NCBI RefSeq assembly: GCF_004010195.1
Contig: NC_057719.1
Span: 4,178,897 to 4,210,842, forward strand
Direction of reading: 5' to 3'
DNA: 31,946 nucleotides
DNA from: Chiloscyllium plagiosum
Lineage: Eukaryota
Under the pieces are notes generated by a model, which saw nothing but the letters and a program-made list of their open reading frames with translations, did no database searches and had not been told where the DNA came from. The translations under genes were made by a program, and so were the position numbers. This document shows, in pieces, positions 24,828 through 31,946 of the stretch. Numbering within the stretch: position 1 is the first letter of the stretch; every line of letters starts with the position of its first letter.

Positions 24828-25436
24828 CTATCTCCAATAAGAGACAATCTAACCACAACCCCTAGATATTCAGTGCTGTAACCATCACTAAATCCCCCAC
24901 TACCAACATTCTGGAGATTACCATTGACCAGAAAATCTACTGGACTCACCACATATAAGAGCAGGCCAGAAGTTAGGAGCCCTTCAATGAGTAACTCACC
25001 TCCTGATTTCCCAAAGCCTGTCCACATTCTGCAAGGCACAAGTCAGGAGTGTGATGGAATACTCCCCACTTGCCTGGATGGGGGCAGCTCCAACACACTC
25101 AAGTAGCTTGACACCATCCAGAACAAAGCAGCTGCTTGATTGACACCATATCCACAAACATCCACTCCCTTGACCACCAATGCTCAGTAGCAGCACCTTC
25201 CAAACCCGTGACCACTTCCATCTAGAAGGACAAGGGCAGCAGGAACATGGGAACACCACCCCCTGCAAGTTCCCCTCCAAGCCATTCACCATCCTGACTT
25301 GGAAATATATCACCATTCCTTCACTGTCACTGGGTCAAAATCCTGAAATTCCAGCCCTAAGGGCATTGTGTGTCTACATACAGCACATGGATTGCAGCGA
25401 TTCAAGAAGGCAGCTCAGCCCCACCTTCTCAAGAGC

Positions 25437-25643
25437 CATGGTCAGGAGGTGCTGGTGTTGGACTGCGGTGAAAAAGGTCACAATTCAAGTTACAGTCCAA
25501 CAGGTTTATTTCAATCACAAGCTTTTGGAGCGTTGTCCCCTCATCAGATGAGGGACACTTCACCTGACAAAGGAGCAGTGCTCTGAAAGCTTGTGATTTC
25601 AAATAAACCTGTTGGGCTATAACTTGGCATCATGTGACTTCTA
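25437..25643. mobile_element. Short fold-back PLE insertion
   Basis: Inverted arms centred ~25555; exact TSD ACCTTCTCAAGAGC at 25423-25436 and 25644-25657. Confidence 0.85.
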
Positions 25644-26835
25644 ACCTTCTCAAGAGCAACCAGGAATGGGCAATGGAATGAAACAATGGATATGGATGCT
25701 CGAGATCTGAACCAGCAATAAATGCTGGCCAGCCAGTAACATCACATCCCACAAGTATGTAACTCACTAGTCCATAGACCACTCAATGTCTAGTTGCCAG
25801 CAAAAGCTGCATCAGTACATCCCCTTGGCTCCAAATCATCTTCAACCAAACCTCAATGCCTGCTTGTTCAAACAGGTGCCTGGCACGGATGTCATTCTTC
25901 AAACTGTCTTTTAAAAACAGCTCTTCCTCACTTCAATTTAAACACACAAAAATAACTTATATTCCTCTGTACTAAAGGAAATTAAGCAACATTTCAAAAA
26001 TGAGTTTCATTACAAAACATATGATACTCAAATAACAAAACAAAACCCATATCCATTCACTCTTCCTCCCCTCTATAAAATGTTATAAAGTCTTAGCATT
26101 TCTTAAGCCTTTAACTTCTTCAAAGTTTTTCTCTCTGTGTCTGCAATGACATTATCAATTCCAGTGATATTTATCTATAAATTAAATGGTTCCAACAAAA
26201 GCCTCCAACTGAACAGTCTCATATTCCATTTTTTAAACTTTTGAATGAAAGCGAGTAAATTGTGATCAGTATAAATTAGGGTTTCTTTGTTTCCATTCTG
26301 GATATAAACTTCATGGTGTTGAATATCTAACAATCTCAAACTCTCTTATTTTACATTAATGGTTTAGTTTCTTATAGAAGTACTCTTCCAGATTCTCTAT
26401 TCCCAACATATCATCCAGTTACAAGACGGCACCTAAACTCCGGATGACTAGCATCAATTGCCATTCTGAAACTTCTGGAAAAGTCGAGGGTGGCCAACAT
26501 TGTTTCATTTACCAGAATTGCCTTAGTTTCTCAAATGTACTTGGCATACTGCTGACCATAACATTTTTGCTTGTTTTTTTAGCAATTTTGTTAAAGGCAT
26601 AGCTATCGTACTGAAACTATGCATATTTCCAGTAAAATTCTCACATTCCTAAAAGAGTTTGTGATTTATCATTTAGCTTTAGGAACAGGGAATTCTATTA
26701 AATCCTTTATTTCCGCTTACCTGGCAGTACCTGTCCTTGTCCAACCAGCTATCCCAAGTTAGTCTCTCTTGCTTTCACAAACTCACTTTTAGCTAAACAT
26801 ATCACTCTGCTAGACAATTCTAATTGCTTAAGCAA

Positions 26836-27015
26836 AGGTAAAAATCACACAACACGAGGTGTGTTCATTTGGTAGTACAAGCTTTCGGAGCGCTGCTCCT
26901 TTGTCAGATAGCTAGTGGGGTAGGATCATAGGACAGAATTTATAGTACAAAATCCAAGTGTCATACAACTGGTGTGATGTCCACGCTCGTCCAACACTGG
27001 CACCTCCACATCATC
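26836..27015. mobile_element. PLE fragment: antisense arm plus sense tail
   Basis: AAAAATCACACAACAC..GCTTTCGGAGCGCTGCTCC arm, then GTCCAACACTGGCACCTCCACATCAT tail in the opposite orientation. Confidence 0.7.
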
Positions 27016-27384
27016 GCTTAAATGAGTCTTTGACTTTTCCTGTACTCTCTTCCCAAATGCTACTATAAATGATATCATTCAAATACACTACCCAATCACA
27101 AACTTCCATTTTGACCTCATAAGCCCCTGGAATATAGCTGGGGCATTCCTTGAGCCAAATGACATCACGTGACATTGGTATAATGCATTTGATGTGGCAA
27201 AACTGGACATTTCATTACCTCTTGATGTTAAAGGCCAATCCTCCTTTAATACATCAGTCTTAGAAAGGAATGAGTCGCTGGCCAACCCTATTGATGCAAT
27301 CTTCCAATTGTCAAATCAGTTTTTGTGACATATTCACCTTTCCATAATCTTTACAAAATCTCCTTGGTCTGTCTGGTTTAAGAG

Positions 27385-27805
27385 GAGAAAGTGAGGTCTG
27401 CAGATGCTGGAGATCAGAGATGGAAATGTGTTGCTGGAAAAGCGCAGCAGATCAGGCAGCATCTAGGGAACAGGAGAATCGACGTTTCGGGATTTAGNNN
27501 NNNNNNNNNNNNNNNNNNNNNNNNNNNNNNNNNNNNNNNNNNNNNNNNNNNNNNNNNNNNNNNNNNNNNNNNNNNNNNNNNNNNNNNNNNNNNNNNNNNN
27601 NNNNNNNNNNNNNNNNNNNNNNNNNNNNNNNNNNNNNNNNNNTGCCTGTGGGAGTGGTAGAGTCAGCATCTTTGGTGACCTTTAAGCGGCAATTGGATAG
27701 GTACATGGATGGGTGCTTAAGCTAGGACAAATGTTCGGCACAACATCGTGGGCCAAAGGGCCTGTTCTGTGCTGTATTGTTCTATGTTCTATGTTCTATG
27801 TTCTA
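27385..27805. mobile_element. Composite insertion: antisense PLE end, gap, CR1 3' tail with (TTCTATG)n
   Basis: Exact flanking TGTCTGGTTTAAGAG at 27370-27384 and 27806-27820. Confidence 0.75.
27498..27642. other. Assembly gap (145 N)
   Basis: Run of N. Confidence 1.
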
Positions 27806-28242
27806 TGTCTGGTTTAAGAGCTAATCCTGTCGGTGAACTCCAGTTGATTTGACCAGCTTCAGTCAAGTGGTTTTCAGGCATGTCCTGAACCTCTAATCCC
27901 TCCTGACCTTTTTTCTCTGCATTCAGCCAATAGGATGTGGTTCTACCAGTCCTGACTCTGTCAACATCCAGATCGTGCCTCACGAATGTAGTTTATCCAG
28001 CTTTATCTCTAGATTATCCCATACTTTCTCAATAATCTTACAATATCCTCTCATTGTCCTTTCTTTACATATGAGAACACAGTGTCTAATTCTCCCAGTA
28101 TTTGTGTTCACTAGTAAAATTGCTGGAGGTTCACTTTGAGAACTATGTGGAATTATCTCTGTCATTTTCCATAACTCTTACCACCTGACATATTTGTTCT
28201 TCTTTATCATCTTCTTTACATAATACCATTTCAACAGAGGAT

Positions 28243-28552
28243 CCCTACAGTGTGGAAACAGATCATTTGGCCTACTGAATCCACACCAACCCTCCAAACA
28301 GCATCCACCCAGACCCTCACACTATCCCTGCATTTCCCATGGCTAATCTACCGAGCCTTCACATCCCGAGACACTACAAATAATTTAGCACAACCAATCC
28401 ACCTAACTTGCTTAACTTTGGACTGTGGGAGGCAACTCACACAGACACAGGGAGAATGTGCAAACTTCACATAGACAGTCACCCAAGGCTGGAATTGAAC
28501 CCAGGTCCCTGGCACTGTGAGGCAGGAGAGCTAACCACTGAGCCACCATGTC
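28243..28552 (-). mobile_element. HE1-like V-SINE
   Basis: Collinear with 18710-18997. Confidence 0.85.
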
Positions 28553-28791
28553 AGCACATACTCTTTCTCCTGTGATTAGGAGTATTTACTGGACAAGTCA
28601 TTTTCCTATCCCTTTGAACTACTTTGCACAGACCATTGAAATTCACTTTCAGAGGGTCACTTTACAAACGCAACAATACTATTAAATCATTGCCCACTGG
28701 AATCATTCTAGTTTCTGAATGTTTCTCTGCCCATCTTTTCATTCTCACCTGTGAAACCTTTAAATGTTTCTTTGCTACTTTACTTGCTACT

Positions 28792-29312
28792 AAGTTAAAA
28801 ATCATGCAACGCCAGGTTATAGTACAACAGGTTTATTTGGAAGCACTAGCTTTTGGAGCACTGCTCCTTCATCAGGTGGTTGTGGAGGATAAGATCATAA
28901 GACACAGAATTTATAGCAAAAGAATTATGTGTTATGCAACTGAAATGATATACCGAAGAAACTTGGATTATTGTTACGTCTTTCATGTTTTAGAATGGGT
29001 TGCAGGTTTTAGTTTATTAATACGTAAATCACAGAACTTCTTTTAAGTCACCTTCTCGAGATAATTTAAGGTTTTATAACAAAAGGTGACATCTCAGCTC
29101 AGACAATGCATTAAAGATGTGAGGTCAAAGTCTGCCTATATCCCAATCTTGAGTCAGACTGGTTCTATTTCCAAAGTGAAATTATAAAATATACGTATTG
29201 ACTGCCTGCAGACTGTGCATTTTTGAGCAAAATAGAATGTTATCTGCAAATATAATTCTGCAAATACAAATTCACCCCACAGATTTATGTGTGTGTGCAT
29301 GCATGAGAGAGC
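28792..29312 (-). mobile_element. PLE 3' non-coding fragment
   Basis: Starts GTTAAAAATCATGCAACGCCAGGTTATAG like the fold-back arms; hammerhead with GAAA mutated to AAAA. Confidence 0.75.
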
Positions 29313-29337
29313 ATTTAAACACAACCAATAAATTAGC

Positions 29338-29475
29338 TAAGTGCCCAAAGTACTTCACAGTATCAGACAAATAATTGACACTGAGCCACAGGAGATTAGA
29401 GCAGGTGACCAAGATTTGTGTCACATAGAGGCTAGTTTTAAGTGTTGCTTTAATGGAGGAGAGAGGCTTGGGTGC
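29338..29475 (-). mobile_element. Old L2-like 3' fragment
   Basis: CCCAAAGTACTTCACAG..GACACTGAGCCACA..GGTGACCAAGA..GTTTTAAG..GGAGGAGAGAGG resembles antisense shark L2 ends (recalled). Confidence 0.45.
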
Positions 29476-29544
29476 AGATCATAGACCATTGAACATTATA
29501 GCACAGTACAGGCCCTTCGGCCCTCGATGTTGCGCCAACCTCAA

Positions 29545-31946
29545 TGTTGGTTGAAGGAAGGGCAACTAAATGTTCCAGGATATAGACGCTTCAGACAGGA
29601 CAGGGAGGGAAGTAAAAGAGGGGGTGGAGTTGCATTGCTGGTCAGGGACAATATTACGGCTGTGCTAAAGGAGGACACTATGGCGGTCTTGGGTAGTGAG
29701 GCATTATGGGTGGAGCTGAGAAATAAGGGTGCAGTTACATTGTTGGGGCTGTATTACAGACCTCCCAACAGTGAGGTAGAAGAACAATTAGATAAACAGA
29801 TTATGGAAAGATGTAGAAGCAATAGGGTAGTGGTGATGGGAGATTTTAATTTTCCCAACATTGACTGAGATATACTTCGCGTCAGAGGACTGGATGGGGT
29901 AGAATTTGTAAGAAGCATCCAGGAGAGTTTTCTAGAGCAGTAAGTCAATAGACCGACGAGGGAAGGGGCCATATTGGACCTGGTACTGGGGAATGAGCCA
30001 GGACAGGTGGTAGACGTTGCGGTGGGGGATTTTTTTGGGAACAGTGACCACAATTCTACAAGTTTTAGAATACTCATAGACAAAGATGAGAGTGGTCCTA
30101 AGGGAAGAGTACTAAACTTGGCCAAGGCAAGTTATATCAAAATTAGGCAGGAGCTGGATTGGACACAGCTATTTGAGGAAAAGTCCATGTTTGATATGTG
30201 GGAGGCTTTCAAAAATCGGTTGAAGATTGGGCCCTGGTGAGACCACACCTGGAGTACTGTGTGCAGTTCTGGTCTCCAAATTTGAGGAAAGACATTCTGG
30301 CTATTGAGGGAGTACAGCGTAGGTTCACGAGGTCAATTCATGGAATGGCGGGATTACCTTACACTGAAAGACTGGACCGACTGGGCTTGTATACCCTTGA
30401 GTTTAGAAGACTGAGAGGGAATCTGATTGAGACATCTAAGATTATTAAAGGATTGGACACTCTGGAGGCAGGAAACAGGTTTCCGCTGATGGGTGAGTGC
30501 CGAACCAAAGGACACAGCTTAAAAATACGGGGTAGACCATTTAGAACAGAGATGAGGAGAAACTTCTTCACCCAGAGAGTGGTTGCTGTGTGGAATGCTC
30601 TGCCCCAGAGGGCAGTGGAGGCCGAGTCTCTGGTTCCATTTAAGAAAGAGTTGGATAGAGCTCTCAAGGATAGTGGAATAAGGGTTATGGAGATAAGGCA
30701 GGAACAGGATACTGATTAAGGATGATCAGCCATGATCATATTGAATGGTGGTGCAGGCTCGAAGGGCAGAATGGCCTACTCCTGCACCTATTGTCTATTG
30801 TCTAAGATAGTGAAGGATAGGCATACCCGTTGAAGGCAAAGGATAGGAAAGGCAAGATTCGTGAACCGTGGATAACAGGAGAAATTGTACGACTAGCCAA
30901 GAGGAAAAGGGAAGAGTACATAAGATCCAGGCAGCTAAGAACAGAATGGGCCCTGGAGGAATATCGGAAGTGTAGGACCAATCTTAAACAAGGAATCAAG
31001 CGGGCTAAAAAGGGTCATGAAAGAGCTTTAGCGAGCAGAATTAAGGAGATCCCAAAGCCTTTATTCTTATCTAAGAAGCAAGCGGGTAACTAGAGAAAAG
31101 ATTGGTCCACTAAAGGATAACGAAGGAAGGCTGTGTGTCGAACCTGAGCGAATGGGTGAGATTCTGAATGATTACTTTGCTTCAGTGTTCACTGAGGAGA
31201 GGGACATGATGAATGTTGAAATTAGAGATAGAAGTTTGATTAGTCTGGATCATGTTGACATAAGTAGGGAAGATGTGTAGGGTAGGCTAGAGGTTCTTAA
31301 GGTGGACAAATCCCCAGGACCGGATGGGATCTATCCCAGGTTGCTGAGGGAGGGGAGAGAGGAAATATCTGGGGCCCTGACAGATATCTTTGTGGCATCC
31401 TTAAATACAGGTGAGGTGCCGGAGGACTGGAAGGTTGCTCATGTTGTCTCCCTGTAAAAGGGTAGTAGGGATATTCCAGGTAACTACAGACTAATGAGCC
31501 TGACGTCAGTGGTGGGAAAGTTGCTGGAGAAGGTACTGAAGGATAAAATCTATTTATATTTGGAAAAGAATGGGCTTATCAGTGATAGGCAACATGGTTT
31601 TGTGCAGGGAGATCATGCCTTACCAACTTAATAGAGTCCTTTGAGGAAGTGACCAAGTTGATAGATAAAGAAAGGGCTGTAGATGTCATAAACATTGACT
31701 TTAGTAAGGCATTTAATAAAGTTCTTCATGGTAAACTAATAGAGAAAGTGAAGTCATGTGGTGTGCAGGGTGTTCTAGCTAGGTGGATAAAGAACTGGTT
31801 GAGCAACAGGAGACAGAGAGTCGTAGTTGAAGGGAGTTTCTCGAAATGGAGAAAGGTGACCAGTGGTGTTCCACAGGGATCAGTGCTGGGGCCACTGTTG
31901 TTTGTGATATACATAAATGATCTAGAAGAGGGCACTGTTGGTATGA
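29545..31946 (+). mobile_element. CR1 LINE ORF2 (EN-RT), decayed, runs off the window
   Basis: [80 protein letters not shown]; several stops. Confidence 0.93.
30228..30803 (+). mobile_element. Younger CR1 3' fragment nested in the CR1
   Basis: Open ALVRPHLEYCVQFWSP..RRNFFTQRVV..WNALP; (CTATTGT)n tail; AAGAT at 30223-30227 and 30804-30808. Confidence 0.9.

Larger units (their letters stand above)
22091..25760 (+). mobile_element. Family A LINE, long decayed EN-RT copy with two nested PLEs
   Basis: APE motifs NIWGL..PDIVILT, YRPP, VGDFNA, LDLI, DHH; RT motifs ~23540-24140; 3'UTR to ~25760; many stops and frameshifts. Confidence 0.9.
26130..28770 (-). mobile_element. Decayed Gypsy-like LTR retrotransposon pol with nested insertions
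   Basis: Minus strand MSFGSRNAPAIFQGLM, VVYLNDIIYS (~27062-27091), LATLDFSRSFRMAIDA, ETLIYTDHNLL, in RT then RNase H order. The part beyond ~27820 is less certain. Confidence 0.75.

Noticed and set aside
27391..27706. ORFs spanning the N run
   Set aside because: Artefacts of the assembly gap.
22091..31946. Active autonomous retroelement
   Set aside because: All LINE and Gypsy frames have multiple stops, frameshifts and nested insertions.

Overview
Vertebrate genomic DNA, almost certainly an elasmobranch (shark), judged from HE1/V-type SINEs and shark-type CR1 and Penelope repeats. The + strand carries the last four coding exons of DICER1 (2008-2276, 6431-6593, 6679-6754, 8383-8548), encoding RNase IIIb and the dsRBD with intact catalytic residues. 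A ~3 kb 3'UTR follows, dense in miRNA seed sites and ending at AATAAA 11560-11565. The rest is decayed, often nested retroelements: CR1, a second APE-RT LINE family, Rex1/Babar, Gypsy pol, SINEs and many Penelope-like (PLE) pieces, plus one 145-N gap. Main points of interest: (i) four fold-back PLE insertions with 10-14 bp target-site duplications, two forming ~0.9 and ~1.2 kb hairpins on either side of the first RNase IIIb exon in Dicer's own pre-mRNA; (ii) minimal hammerhead ribozyme motifs in the PLE ends; (iii) a let-7 8mer in the coding sequence plus UTR sites for let-7, miR-103/107 and others; (iv) weak splice sites predicting NMD-escaping truncated Dicer isoforms; (v) a SINE-like element apparently made from both ends of a LINE. 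I see no clearly new protein-coding system. Repeat family names are from memory and repeat boundaries are approximate unless a TSD is given.
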